Assembly (NCBI GenBank): GCA_038235705.1
Contig: JBBSTR010000001.1
Coordinates: 43,541-107,540 of the forward strand
Origin: Mycobacteriales bacterium
GTDB lineage: Bacteria; Actinomycetota; Actinomycetes; Mycobacteriales; SCTD01
DNA length: 64,000 bases
Direction: 5' to 3'
Position numbers and translations under genes: made by a program. The notes below the pieces were generated by a model. That model saw only the letters and a program-made list of their open reading frames with translations, had not been told where the DNA came from and ran no database searches. This document shows positions 30,545-39,826 of the stretch, piece after piece. The stretch's first letter is position 1, and every line of letters starts with the position of its first letter.

Positions 30545-31324
30545 GTAGCCGCCCATCGCCGGTGCGTTCTGGCCGCCGTCCACGACGACCTCGGTGCCGT
30601 TGACCCAGGAGGCCCTCGGGCTGAGCAGGAAGGCAGCGACGTCGGCCACCTCGTCCGACCGGCCGAGCCGGCCCATCGGCAGCTCGGCGTCGAGGAACGC
30701 CTGGAAGGACTCCGGGTCGTCCTGCTGGCGCCGGGCCCAGCTGCCACCCTCGAAGAGCGTGGACCCGGGCGACAGCGCGTTGACCCGGATGCCGTCGGGT
30801 CCGAGCTCACGACCCAGCGAACGCGCGATCGAGATCTGCGCAGCCTTGGCTGCGGCGTACTGCGCCTTGGGCTGCGGACGAGAGCCCGAGACCGAAGCGA
30901 TGATCAGCGCGGCGGCGTGCTCGGAACGGCGCAGGTGGGGGAGCGCGGCGGTGACCAGGGTCGCGGCGTGCGTCGCGTTCAGGTCGAAGGTCTCGCGCCA
31001 GTCGTGCGCCGAGGTCTCTGCGAGCGCCGCGGCGCCGTGCCCTCCGCCGGCGTTGGCGACGACCAGGTCCAGCCCGCCGAGCGCCCCGGCGGCGGCCCCG
31101 ACGAACAGCGCCAGGTCGCTCGCTCTCGTCACGTCCACCGCGTCGCCGTACGTCGTGACGCCGGCCGCCCTCAGCTCGACCAGCCGCTGCTGCACCGCCT
31201 CGGGGTCACGGGCACAGAACGCGACCGCACAGCCCTGCTCGGCGAGGCGGTCGACGATCGCCGCGCCGATGCCCCGGGTGCCGCCGGTGACCAGGGCCCG
31301 GAGGCCGGTGAGCTGGAGGTCCAT
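30542..31324 (-). CDS. Short-chain dehydrogenase/reductase (SDR)
   Basis: 260 aa from the ATG at 31324. Motifs ALVTGGTRGIGAAIVDRLA and YAAAKAAQISIARSLG. Confidence 0.8.
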   Translation of the reverse strand: MDLQLTGLRALVTGGTRGIGAAIVDRLAEQGCAVAFCARDPEAVQQRLVELRAAGVTTYGDAVDVTRASDLALFVGAAAGALGGLDLVVANAGGGHGAAALAETSAHDWRETFDLNATHAATLVTAALPHLRRSEHAAALIIASVSGSRPQPKAQYAAAKAAQISIARSLGRELGPDGIRVNALSPGSTLFEGGSWARRQQDDPESFQAFLDAELPMGRLGRSDEVADVAAFLLSPRASWVNGTEVVVDGGQNAPAMGGY

Positions 31325-31359
31325 GCAGCGCCCGTGCCCCACCTGGGACACTGCACACC

Positions 31360-32964
31360 GTGACGACCACTGCGGGCCCCGTTCCTGACGACTTCCACGT
31401 CTACGACACCACGCTGCGCGACGGCTCACAGGGTGAAGGGTTGTCGCTGTCGGTCAACGACAAGCTGTCGATCGCCCGCCACCTCGACAGCCTCGGCGTC
31501 GGCTTCATCGAGGGCGGCTGGCCGGGCGCCAACCCGAAGGACACCGAGTTCTTCCGTCGGGCACGCACCGAGCTGAGCCTCTCGACCGCGCAGCTCGCCG
31601 CGTTCGGCTCGACCCGTCGGCCCGGGGGAGATGTCGCTCATGATCTCGCACCGCTGCGAGAATCGGGTGCCGGAGTTGTGACCCTGGTCGCCAAGAGCGA
31701 CGTCCGCCACGTCGAGCGGGCCCTGCGCACGACCCCAGCGGAGAACCTCGCGATGATCGCCGACAGCGTCGCGCACCTGCGTGCCAACGGGCAGCGGGTC
31801 TTCCTCGACGCGGAGCACTTCTTCGACGGCTACCGCGCCGACCCGGCCTATGCGATGGAGGTCCTGCGCACGGCTGCGGAATCGGGCGCCGACGTGCTGG
31901 TGCTGTGCGACACCAACGGCGGCATGCTCCCGACCCGGCTCCAGGACGTGGTCGGCGAGGTGGCCGCGACGGGGCTTCGGGTCGGCATCCACGCGCACGA
32001 CGACACCGCGTGCGCGGTCGCCAACTCGCTCGCTGCGATCGAGGCAGGCGCGACTCACGTGCAGGGCACGGCGAACGGCTACGGGGAGCGCAGCGGCAAC
32101 GCCGACCTGTTCGGGGTGGTCGCAGCGCTGGAGGTCAAGCTCGGTCGCACGGTGCTGCCGCCGGGCAGGCTCGCCGAGCTGACCCGGGTGGCGCACGCCG
32201 TGGCTGAGGTCGCCAACGTGACCCCTTCTCCCGGGCAGGCCTGGGTCGGGTCCAGCGCGTTCGCGCACAAGGCAGGCCTGCACGTCAGCGCCATCAAGGC
32301 CGACCCCGACCTCTATCAGCACTGCGACCCCGCGGTGGTCGGCAACGACATGCGCCTCTTGGTCTCCGAGCTGGCCGGCCGAGCCACCATCGAGCTGAAG
32401 GGGCAGGCGCTGGGGCTCTCGCCCGACCGCGACACCGTCGCGCGGGTGCTCGAGCGCATCAAGACCCTGGAGAGCGTCGGGTGGTCGTTCGAAGCGGCCG
32501 AGGCGAGCTTCGAGCTGCTGCTGCGCGAGGAGATGGGGGAGCGGCCAGTGCTGTTCGACCTGGAGTCCTGGCGGGTCATCGTCGAGCAACGGGGCGCCGA
32601 GGTGGTCAGCGAGGCGACCGTCAAGCTGCGCGCCCGGGGGGAGACGGGACCGGGTGAGCGGCTCGTCGCGACGGGCGAGGGCAACGGCCCGGTCAACGCG
32701 CTCGACAACGCGCTCCGCGGGGCGCTCGGACAGCTTCACCCGGGGCTCGCGGGGCTCGAGCTGGTCGACTACAAGGTGCGGATCGTGGCCGGCGCGCACG
32801 GCACCGACGCCGTCACGCGGGTGCTGGTCGAGACCTCTGACGGGGTCACCGAGTGGGGGACCGTCGGGGTCCACGAGAACGTCATCGCTGCCTCCTGGCA
32901 GGCGCTGGAGGACGCTTATACGGCGGGGCTCTCCCGGACGCCGTCGCAGCAGGGGCCCCGGTAG
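31360..32964 (+). CDS. cimA: Citramalate synthase-like LeuA-family enzyme
   Basis: 534 aa with a GTG start. Motifs VYDTTLRDGSQGEGLS and HAHDDTACAVANSLAAIEAGATHVQGTANGYGERSGN, plus a C-terminal LeuA-dimer-like domain. It is distinct from the long leuA at 10037. Confidence 0.75.
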   Translation: MTTTAGPVPDDFHVYDTTLRDGSQGEGLSLSVNDKLSIARHLDSLGVGFIEGGWPGANPKDTEFFRRARTELSLSTAQLAAFGSTRRPGGDVAHDLAPLRESGAGVVTLVAKSDVRHVERALRTTPAENLAMIADSVAHLRANGQRVFLDAEHFFDGYRADPAYAMEVLRTAAESGADVLVLCDTNGGMLPTRLQDVVGEVAATGLRVGIHAHDDTACAVANSLAAIEAGATHVQGTANGYGERSGNADLFGVVAALEVKLGRTVLPPGRLAELTRVAHAVAEVANVTPSPGQAWVGSSAFAHKAGLHVSAIKADPDLYQHCDPAVVGNDMRLLVSELAGRATIELKGQALGLSPDRDTVARVLERIKTLESVGWSFEAAEASFELLLREEMGERPVLFDLESWRVIVEQRGAEVVSEATVKLRARGETGPGERLVATGEGNGPVNALDNALRGALGQLHPGLAGLELVDYKVRIVAGAHGTDAVTRVLVETSDGVTEWGTVGVHENVIAASWQALEDAYTAGLSRTPSQQGPR

Positions 32965-32974
32965 GTTCGCGTCC

Positions 32975-33781
32975 ATGCGTCTGGCTCGTTACGTCCTGCC
33001 CACCGGCGAGGTCACCTTCGGGGCGGTCGAGGGCCCCGCGGGTGCCTCTCCCGACTCCCCGGAGCTCGTCGTCGCCGCGATCTCCGGCCATCCCTTCGAG
33101 GCGTTCGCCTTCACCGGCGACCGGCACCCGCTGGCTTCCGTCCGGCTCCTCGCGACGATCGTGCCCATGAAGGTCGTCTGCATCGGGAAGAACTATGCCG
33201 ACCACGTGGCGGAGATGGGTGGCCCCTCGTCCGGTGACCAGCTTCCTGCCGACCCGGTGATGTTCCTCAAGCCGTCGACCTCGGTGATCGGCCCTGGCGA
33301 CGCGATCCGGCTCCCGGCCGACAGCGACCGGGTCGACCACGAGGCTGAGCTGGCCGTCGTGATCGGCAAGACCTGTCGCGACGTGAGCCCTGAGCGCGCG
33401 CTCGAGCACGTGCTCGGCTGGACGATCGCCAACGACGTCACGGCGCGCGACCAGCAGAAGGCCGACGGACAGTGGACCCGGGGCAAGGGGCACGACACGT
33501 TCTGCCCGGTCGGACCGTGGATCGAGACCGACCTGGACGTACGCGACCTCCGCGTCTCGTGCGAGGTGAACGGCGAGGTGCGCCAGGACGGCCGTACGTC
33601 GCAGCTGCTGCACGACGTGCCCGCGATCCTTGCGTGGATCAGCCGCTGCATGACCTTGCTGCCCGGTGACCTGATCCTGACCGGGACGCCCGCCGGGGTC
33701 GGTCCGCTCGCGCACGGGGACGTGGTGTCCTGCGCGGTCGAGGGGATCGGCACGCTGACGAACCCGGTCGTGTCACGATGA
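32975..33781 (+). CDS. Fumarylacetoacetate hydrolase (FAH)-family protein
   Basis: 268 aa from the ATG at 32975. Motifs KVVCIGKNYADH and DHEAELAVVIGK. Its stop overlaps the gltX start (ATGA). Confidence 0.8.
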   Translation: MRLARYVLPTGEVTFGAVEGPAGASPDSPELVVAAISGHPFEAFAFTGDRHPLASVRLLATIVPMKVVCIGKNYADHVAEMGGPSSGDQLPADPVMFLKPSTSVIGPGDAIRLPADSDRVDHEAELAVVIGKTCRDVSPERALEHVLGWTIANDVTARDQQKADGQWTRGKGHDTFCPVGPWIETDLDVRDLRVSCEVNGEVRQDGRTSQLLHDVPAILAWISRCMTLLPGDLILTGTPAGVGPLAHGDVVSCAVEGIGTLTNPVVSR

Positions 33782-35232
33782 CCGTCCGCCTTCGGGTCGC
33801 CCCGAGCCCGACCGGCGACCCGCACGTCGGTACGGCCTACATGGCGCTGTTCAACCTTGCCTTCGTCCGACAGCAGGGCGGGGCGTTCGTGCTCCGCGTC
33901 GAGGACACCGACCGGGCGCGCTTCCAGGCCGACAGCGAGCAGCAGGTGAAAGACATGCTGCACTGGCTCGGGCTCGACTGGGACGAGGGGCCGGACATCG
34001 GCGGCCCGTACGCGCCCTACCGGCAGTCTGAGCGGCTCGACACCTACCGACCGTACGTCGAGCAGCTGGTCGCTTCCGGGAACGCGTACGAGTGCTGGTG
34101 CAGCAGCGAGCGGCTCGCCCAGATGCGGGCGCAGCAGCAGGCAGCCAAGCTGCCGACCGGATACGACCGACGTTGTCTCGGGCTGACCCGGGAGCAGCGC
34201 GCTGAGCTGGACGGTTTCACCGAGACCCCGGTCGTGCGTCTGCTGGTGCCCGAGGACCCGCCGCTGCACTTCGCCGACCTGATCCGCGGCGAGGTGAACG
34301 CCCCGCGTCCCGACGACCAGGTGCTCCTGAAGGCGGACGGCTTCCCGACCTACCACCTGGCGGTCGTCGTCGACGACCACCTGATGGGGATCACCCACGT
34401 CGTCCGGGGGGAAGAGTGGATCTCCTCCACCCCGAAGCACCTGCTGGTCTACGACGCGCTCGGTTGGGACCGTCCTGCGTACGCGCACATGCCTCTGCTC
34501 AGGAACACCGACAAGAGCAAGATCTCCAAGCGCAAGAACCCGGCGGCCCGCCTGACCTGGTTCGGCGAGCAGGGCTACCTGCCGGAGGCACTGGTCAACT
34601 TCCTCGGGCTGCTCGGCTACAGCCAGCCCGACGGGACCGAGGTGTTCGACTTTGCGCAGATGTCGCGAGACTTCGACTGGTCGCGGGTCAGCACGGTCGG
34701 GCCGGTCTTCGACCTCGAGAAGCTCGGCTGGCTCAACGGGGAGTACGTACGGGCGTTGGCCCCAGACGACTTCGCTGCGCGCGGGATGCCGTTCCTGCAG
34801 TCGGCGGGCCTGGTCGCCGATCCGGCCTCAGACGACGAGCGGGCCACGCTCGACGCCCTGGTGCCGCTCGTGCAGACCCGGGTGGCGTTGCTCACCGAGC
34901 TGCCGGCGCTGGTGCGCTGCTTCTTCGTGCCGGAGGAGGCGTTCTCGATCGAGGAGGCTGCAGCGGCCAAGGTCACCGGGTCAGGGACGGTGCTGACAGC
35001 CGCCGCGGACGCCTTGGAGACCCTGACAGACTGGAGCACCGAGACCGTCCAGGCGGCGATGGACGCCGCTCTGATCGACGGTCTGGGTCTCAAGCGAGGC
35101 AAGGCGTACGCGCCGGTGCGGGTAGCGGTCTGCGGCGCGTCGGTGGCACCGCCGCTGCCGGAGTCGATGGCGGTGCTCGGCAAGGAGCGGGTGCTGCGTC
35201 GCCTGCGGGTGGCGGCGACGACACTGGGCTGA
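33778..35232 (+). CDS. gltX: Glutamate--tRNA ligase
   Basis: 484 aa with RVAPSPTGDPHVGTAY (HIGH-type) and KISKRK (KMSKS-type) motifs. Confidence 0.92.
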   Translation: MTVRLRVAPSPTGDPHVGTAYMALFNLAFVRQQGGAFVLRVEDTDRARFQADSEQQVKDMLHWLGLDWDEGPDIGGPYAPYRQSERLDTYRPYVEQLVASGNAYECWCSSERLAQMRAQQQAAKLPTGYDRRCLGLTREQRAELDGFTETPVVRLLVPEDPPLHFADLIRGEVNAPRPDDQVLLKADGFPTYHLAVVVDDHLMGITHVVRGEEWISSTPKHLLVYDALGWDRPAYAHMPLLRNTDKSKISKRKNPAARLTWFGEQGYLPEALVNFLGLLGYSQPDGTEVFDFAQMSRDFDWSRVSTVGPVFDLEKLGWLNGEYVRALAPDDFAARGMPFLQSAGLVADPASDDERATLDALVPLVQTRVALLTELPALVRCFFVPEEAFSIEEAAAAKVTGSGTVLTAAADALETLTDWSTETVQAAMDAALIDGLGLKRGKAYAPVRVAVCGASVAPPLPESMAVLGKERVLRRLRVAATTLG

Positions 35233-35310
35233 ACCCGGTTTCTGGGCCGGGCCGACGTCCGCTAGAGTGCTCTCCGGCGCACGGCCCGGCCAGACCGGTG
35301 ACGTGACCCT

Positions 35311-35382
35311 TGGGGTATGGGGTAATTGGCAGCCCGACGGTTTCTGGTTCCGTTAGTCTTGGTTCGAGTCCAGGTACCCCAG
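35311..35382 (+). tRNA. tRNA-Gln (anticodon CUG)
   Basis: Hand-folded cloverleaf with acceptor TGGGGTA/TACCCCA (U1-A72), anticodon stem ACGGT/TCCGT, loop TTCTGGT and T-arm CTTGG-TTCGAGT-CCAGG. No encoded CCA. Confidence 0.88.
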
Positions 35383-35427
35383 CGCACGACATTCCGATAT
35401 ACGTTGTCGGGAACACTTGAAAAGTGC

Positions 35428-35500
35428 GGCCCCGTCATCTAGCGGCCAAGGATACCGCCCTCTCACGGCGGGTACGGGGGTTCGAATCCCCTCGGGGCTA
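35428..35500 (+). tRNA. tRNA-Glu (anticodon CUC)
   Basis: Acceptor GGCCCCG/CGGGGCT (G1-U72), anticodon stem CCGCC/GGCGG with loop CTCTCAC, and T-arm GGGGG-TTCGAAT-CCCCT. The ends are +/-1 nt uncertain. Confidence 0.88.
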
Positions 35501-35531
35501 CATCAAGCGGACAGGCGAGAAAGATGCCGTC

Positions 35532-35945
35532 CTAGATAAAAATTCTTAGCGCAGAGCACGTTCTCTCGTCGTACGGCACGAGAAGCTCGCCGGCGAAGGC
35601 CAGCTTGTCGGCCATTCGCTGTCCTTTCGGCTGAGCGGTCGACCACAGTTCGAGGTTGTCAAGCCGGTCACCGTTGCGGTGGTAGCCGTAGCTGAGCGAG
35701 CCCTGGACGGGCGCCTGGGTCCGGGCGCCGCCGCCGGCCTGCGCGTCCCCGTACTTCTGGACCCGTCGTGCATGGCTGCGACACCACCCCGAGGACTGTG
35801 CGCCGCGCCGGAGCAGTTGTCGGTAGTGGCGTTCGCAGGGGTGTCGGGCGTAGACGGACCGGTCGCAGCCGGGGGCTTCGCAGAGGGTCGGGATGGGCGT
35901 CGGTGTGGCTGTCATGGGGCTCATCCTGCCCCCGACCTCTGACAT
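35532..35945 (-). CDS. HNH-endonuclease-like protein, probably degenerate
   Basis: 137 aa with CEAPGCDRSVYARHPCERHYRQLLRRG and a second truncated WCRSHARRVQKYGD repeat, then YHRNGDRLDNLELW (a compressed HNH motif). The 3' end is AT-rich (CTAGATAAAAATTCTTAG). Adjacent to tRNA-Glu. Confidence 0.5.
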   Translation of the reverse strand: MSEVGGRMSPMTATPTPIPTLCEAPGCDRSVYARHPCERHYRQLLRRGAQSSGWCRSHARRVQKYGDAQAGGGARTQAPVQGSLSYGYHRNGDRLDNLELWSTAQPKGQRMADKLAFAGELLVPYDERTCSALRIFI

Positions 35946-35980
35946 TCTCGGGCGAGAAATACCCTTCTGAACAGGACTTT

Positions 35981-36673
35981 CTAGTGGGATCCTAGGGCTG
36001 CGGCGGCGGCCAGAACGGCGGCGGCGTGCAGACGCCCCGGCGCCCGGCCGAGGCGCTCCAGCGGACCCGAGACGCTGATCGCGGCGACCACCCCGCCGCC
36101 GGTCGCACGGACCGGCGCGGAGACCGACACCACGCCTGCCTCCCGCTCAGCGACCGACTGCGCCCAGCCGCGTCGGCGCACCTCGGCGAGCACCCGCGGG
36201 CCGAAGGCGGCCGAGGCCGCGAGCGGGTCGTGCGGGGCCCAGGCGAGCAGCACCTGCGCCGCCGAGCCTGCGGTCATCGGCAGGGCGGAGCCGACCGGCA
36301 CGGTGTCACGCAGCCCGCTGCGTCGCTCGGACGCGGCGACGCAGATGCGTGCCGCACCTCGGCGCCGGTAGAGCTGCGCGCTCTCGCCGGTGTCGTCCCG
36401 CAGGCGGGCGAGCACCGGGCCGGCGGCTTGGACGAGCGGGTCGGTCGCCGCGAGCCCGGCCAGCTCGGCCGGGCGCGGTCCGACCTGCCAGCGGCCGGAG
36501 GTGTCACGGGTCAGGAGCCGGTGCACCTCCAACGCGACGGCCAGGCGGTGGGTGGTGGCACGGGAGAGCCCGGTCCGGTCGGTGAGCTCCTGCAGCGTCG
36601 AGGCGCCCCCCTGGACCGCCTCGAGCACGAGGACGGCCTTGTCAAGCACGCCCACTCCGCTAACCTGTTCCAT
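35981..36673 (-). CDS. IclR-family transcriptional regulator divergent from leuCD (LtbR-like position)
   Basis: 230 aa from the ATG at 36673. [27 protein letters not shown] plus an IclR effector domain. The rest of ORF 35981-38035 is antisense to leuC and was trimmed. Confidence 0.85.
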   Translation of the reverse strand: MEQVSGVGVLDKAVLVLEAVQGGASTLQELTDRTGLSRATTHRLAVALEVHRLLTRDTSGRWQVGPRPAELAGLAATDPLVQAAGPVLARLRDDTGESAQLYRRRGAARICVAASERRSGLRDTVPVGSALPMTAGSAAQVLLAWAPHDPLAASAAFGPRVLAEVRRRGWAQSVAEREAGVVSVSAPVRATGGGVVAAISVSGPLERLGRAPGRLHAAAVLAAAAALGSH

Positions 36674-36688
36674 GAGGTGATACTTGCA

Positions 36689-36703
36689 TCTCAGCATCTG
36701 AGA
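36689..36703. promoter_or_regulatory. Palindrome in the 45-bp IclR-leuC intergenic region (candidate operator)
   Basis: TCTCAG-CAT-CTGAGA (36689-36703) is embedded in the only AT-rich stretch (GATACTTGCATCTCAGCATCTGAGAAACAAGGAGA) between the two divergent start codons. Confidence 0.35.
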
Positions 36704-36718
36704 AACAAGGAGACGGGC

Positions 36719-38122
36719 ATGGGGCGCACGCTGACCGAGAAGGTGTGGGACGCGCACGTGGTGCGCCGGGCCGAGGGAGAGCCCGACCTGCTCTACATCG
36801 ACCTGCACCTCGTCCACGAGGTGACGAGTCCGCAGGCCTTCGACGGCCTCCGCCTCGCCGACCGACCCGTGCGCCGCCCGGACCTGACGCTGGCCACCGA
36901 GGACCACAACGTCCCCACCGACGCGCTGATCATCGTCGACCCGGTCAGCCGCACCCAGGTCGAGACGCTGCGACGCAACTGCGCGGACTTCGGCGTGCGG
37001 CTGCTCCCCATGGGTGACGCCGGTCAGGGGATCGTGCACGTGATCGGCCCGCAGCTGGGGGTCACCCAGCCCGGCACGACGATCGTGTGCGGTGACAGCC
37101 ACACCAGCACGCACGGCGCGTTCGGGGCCCTGGCGTTCGGGATCGGCACCAGCGAGGTCGAGCACGTCCTCGCCACGCAGACCCTGCCGCTCGCCCGGCC
37201 GCAGACCATGGCCGTCACGGTCGAGGGGGCGTTGGAGCCGGGCGTCACCGCGAAGGACCTCGTCCTCGCACTGATCGCCCAGGTCGGCACCGGCGGCGGC
37301 CAGGGCCACGTCGTGGAATACCGCGGTGAGGCGATCCGGGCGCTGTCCATGGAGGGCCGCATGACGGTCTGCAACATGAGCATCGAGTGGGGTGCCCGCG
37401 CCGGCCTGATCGCCCCGGACGAGACGACGTACGCCTACCTGCGCGGCCGTGCGCACGCCCCCGAGGACTGGGACGCGGCCGTCGCGCACTGGAAGACGCT
37501 GCGCACCGACGACGACGCCACGTTCGACAAGGAGGTCGTCCTCGACGCCTCCGCCGTCACCCCCTTCGTCACCTGGGGCACCAACCCGGGTCAGGGCGTG
37601 CCGCTCGGCGACGCCGTCCCGGACCCCGAGGCGCTGCCGGCCGGCAACGAGCGCGACGCCGCACGACGAGCGCTCGACTACATGGGGCTGGTCGCCGGGA
37701 CGCCGATGCGTGAGGTCACCGTCGACACGGTCTTCCTGGGGTCGTGCACCAACGGACGGATGGAAGACCTGCGGGCCGCCGCGGACGTCCTGCGTGGACG
37801 CACCGTCAAGCCTGGTCTTCGCGCCCTGGTCGTCCCGGGCTCGGCGGCCGTCAAGCTTGCGGCCGAGGCAGAAGGCCTGCACGAGGTCTTCACCGCGGCG
37901 GGCTTCGAGTGGCGCAACGCCGGCTGCTCGATGTGCCTCGGCATGAACCCCGACACGCTCTCGCAGGGGGAGCGATGCGCCTCCACGTCCAACCGCAACT
38001 TCGAGGGGCGTCAGGGCCGTGGCGGGCGTACGCACCTCGTCTCACCCCAGGTCGCCGCGGCCACCGCTGTGCTCGGCCGGCTCGCCTCACCCGCCGACCT
38101 CCCCAAGACTCAGGAGCGCTAG
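36719..38122 (+). CDS. leuC: 3-isopropylmalate dehydratase large subunit
   Basis: 467 aa from the ATG at 36719 (RBS AAGGAGA). Motifs [23 protein letters not shown] and the CSMCLGMN Fe-S ligand region. Confidence 0.95.
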   Translation: MGRTLTEKVWDAHVVRRAEGEPDLLYIDLHLVHEVTSPQAFDGLRLADRPVRRPDLTLATEDHNVPTDALIIVDPVSRTQVETLRRNCADFGVRLLPMGDAGQGIVHVIGPQLGVTQPGTTIVCGDSHTSTHGAFGALAFGIGTSEVEHVLATQTLPLARPQTMAVTVEGALEPGVTAKDLVLALIAQVGTGGGQGHVVEYRGEAIRALSMEGRMTVCNMSIEWGARAGLIAPDETTYAYLRGRAHAPEDWDAAVAHWKTLRTDDDATFDKEVVLDASAVTPFVTWGTNPGQGVPLGDAVPDPEALPAGNERDAARRALDYMGLVAGTPMREVTVDTVFLGSCTNGRMEDLRAAADVLRGRTVKPGLRALVVPGSAAVKLAAEAEGLHEVFTAAGFEWRNAGCSMCLGMNPDTLSQGERCASTSNRNFEGRQGRGGRTHLVSPQVAAATAVLGRLASPADLPKTQER

Positions 38123-38704
38123 ATGGATGCCTTCACCACCCACACCGGCACGGCTGTCCCGCTCCGCAGGAGCGACGTCGACACCGATCAGATCATCCCG
38201 AGCGACTGGCTCAAGCGGGTCGAGCGCACCGGCTTCGGCGCCGGTCTGTTCAGCCAGTGGCGCGAAGACCCGGACTTCGTGCTCCACCGCTACCCGGGCG
38301 CCAGTGTGCTGCTCGCCGGCGAGAACTTCGGGACCGGGTCCTCGCGCGAGCACGCGGTCTGGGCGCTGCAGGACTTCGGGTTCCGCGCGGTCGTGAGCAG
38401 CCGGTTCGCCGACATCTTCCGCGGCAACAGCCTCAAGGGCGGGCTGCTGCCCGTACAGCTGCCCGCGGACACCGTCGCCGCGCTCATGGACGCGGTAGAG
38501 GCCGACCCGGCCACCCTGATCACCGTGGACCTGGAGGCTCGCGAGGTGCGCTGCGGTGACCTGACGGCGTCCTTCGCGCTGGACGACTTCACCCGCTGGC
38601 GTCTCCTGGAAGGTCTCGACGACATCGGCCTGACCCTGCGCCACGAGCCGGACATCACGGCGTTCGAGCAGAGGCGCCCGGGCTTCCTGCCGGTCGCCCG
38701 GTGA
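38123..38704 (+). CDS. leuD: 3-isopropylmalate dehydratase small subunit
   Basis: 193 aa with the ATG immediately after the leuC stop. Motif [20 protein letters not shown]. Confidence 0.95.
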   Translation: MDAFTTHTGTAVPLRRSDVDTDQIIPSDWLKRVERTGFGAGLFSQWREDPDFVLHRYPGASVLLAGENFGTGSSREHAVWALQDFGFRAVVSSRFADIFRGNSLKGGLLPVQLPADTVAALMDAVEADPATLITVDLEAREVRCGDLTASFALDDFTRWRLLEGLDDIGLTLRHEPDITAFEQRRPGFLPVAR

Positions 38705-38916
38705 CCGAGCAGCAGGAGGCCGACCGGCTGGCCGACCGGCTACTGGAGGCCCACCGACGGGTACGGACGGCGGAGCTGGAGCCCGAGGACAAGGCCAGGG
38801 TCAGCCGACGGCTGATCGCGCTCACCGACGCCAGCAAGCACGACGTGGCCCGCGCGGCAACCCGGCTCGACGCCCTGCTGGCCGATCTCGACGCCGGTCG
38901 GGTCAGCCCCGACTGA
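38701..38916 (+). CDS. Small hypothetical protein (71 aa)
   Basis: GTGA overlap with the leuD stop. About 90% of codons end in G/C by hand count. Predicted helical and charged, with no recognised family. The 3' end overlaps convergent mutT1 by 14 nt. Confidence 0.45.
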   Translation: MTEQQEADRLADRLLEAHRRVRTAELEPEDKARVSRRLIALTDASKHDVARAATRLDALLADLDAGRVSPD

Positions 38917-39826
38917 GGGTACGAGCCACCGCGGGTGGCGGCCTCAAATCGGCTGCCACCAGCACGCCGTCCTTGATCGTGAGCACCCAGGTGGCCGCTT
39001 TGCGCAGGTGCGCGTCTTTGACGTGAAGACCGCCGTCGCTGCGACCGAGCGCATCGACCAGCCGAGGGACTGCCCCGCCCTGGCTGCACACGAACAGCGC
39101 TCCGGGCACTCCTTCGCCCTCGTATGCGAGCTCGAGCAGGCGCGTCGTCGAGAGCGCCTCGTCGTAGCCGTCGTCCCCGAGCAGCGGCTCCAGATCGAGC
39201 TGCAGACCGGCGGTCTCGGCCAGCGGCAGGGCCGTGGCGCGACAACGCAGCGGGGGCGCGCTCACGACCCGACGGGGGGCGTACGGCGCGAGCAGCTCGC
39301 ACAGCGCGAGGGCCTGCACCACCCCCCGCTCGTCGAGGGGCCGTTCCGTGTCCGACCCCTTCCAGCGCGAACGGCTGCCCGCGCTCGCGTGTCGCACCAG
39401 GACGACCGTGGTGCTCCCGACCAGGTCGAGCGCGGCGCGCAGGGGTGCCCGGTCACGCCCGGCGGTGACCAGCCGCTCGGCCTCGTCGGGGGAGCACCAG
39501 CGCAGCGCATCGACCTCGCTGTCGGCCTCGAAGGCGCCCCCTACGTGTTGCATCGACCACCAGGTGACGCGCTTGGGCACCGCGACGCCGTCCTGCGGGA
39601 CGTCGTAGCGGCTGGTGCCCACCATCGCTCCTGGGACGGCCTGGCTGCCGGTCTCCTCCCGGACCTCGCGCAGGGCGCCGGCGAGCGCGTCCTCACCGGG
39701 GTCGAGCTTGCCCTTGGGCAGCGACCAGTCGTCGTAGCGGGGACGGTGCACGAGGGCGACCTCGGTGCCGTCCGGCCCGTGACGCCACAGGACGCCGCCG
39801 GCCGCTTCCACCCGGGTCGCCCCCAT
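38903..39826 (-). CDS. mutT1: NUDIX hydrolase fused to histidine-phosphatase domain (MutT1-type)
   Basis: 307 aa with Nudix box GKLDPGEDALAGALREVREETG and a C-terminal VVLVRHASAG (RHG-type) phosphatase domain. ATGA overlap with the ppk stop. Same adjacency as M. tuberculosis mutT1-ppk1. Confidence 0.8.
   Translation of the reverse strand: MGATRVEAAGGVLWRHGPDGTEVALVHRPRYDDWSLPKGKLDPGEDALAGALREVREETGSQAVPGAMVGTSRYDVPQDGVAVPKRVTWWSMQHVGGAFEADSEVDALRWCSPDEAERLVTAGRDRAPLRAALDLVGSTTVVLVRHASAGSRSRWKGSDTERPLDERGVVQALALCELLAPYAPRRVVSAPPLRCRATALPLAETAGLQLDLEPLLGDDGYDEALSTTRLLELAYEGEGVPGALFVCSQGGAVPRLVDALGRSDGGLHVKDAHLRKAATWVLTIKDGVLVAADLRPPPAVARTLSRG

Noticed and set aside
14804-31359. The sugar island as a mobile genomic island (integrative element).
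   Set aside because: No integrase, recombinase, transposase or conjugation gene and no tRNA target were seen. The flanking repeats show a strand-specific G-U compensation pattern more typical of an RNA hairpin element. Mobility is therefore left only as an alternative hypothesis.
35501-35980. att-type direct repeat of the tRNA-Glu 3' end that would delimit an integrated element around the HNH gene.
   Set aside because: Visual scan of 35.5-36.0 kb found no copy of the GGTTCGAATCCCCTCGGGGCTA segment or a substantial part of it. A computational search would be needed to be sure.
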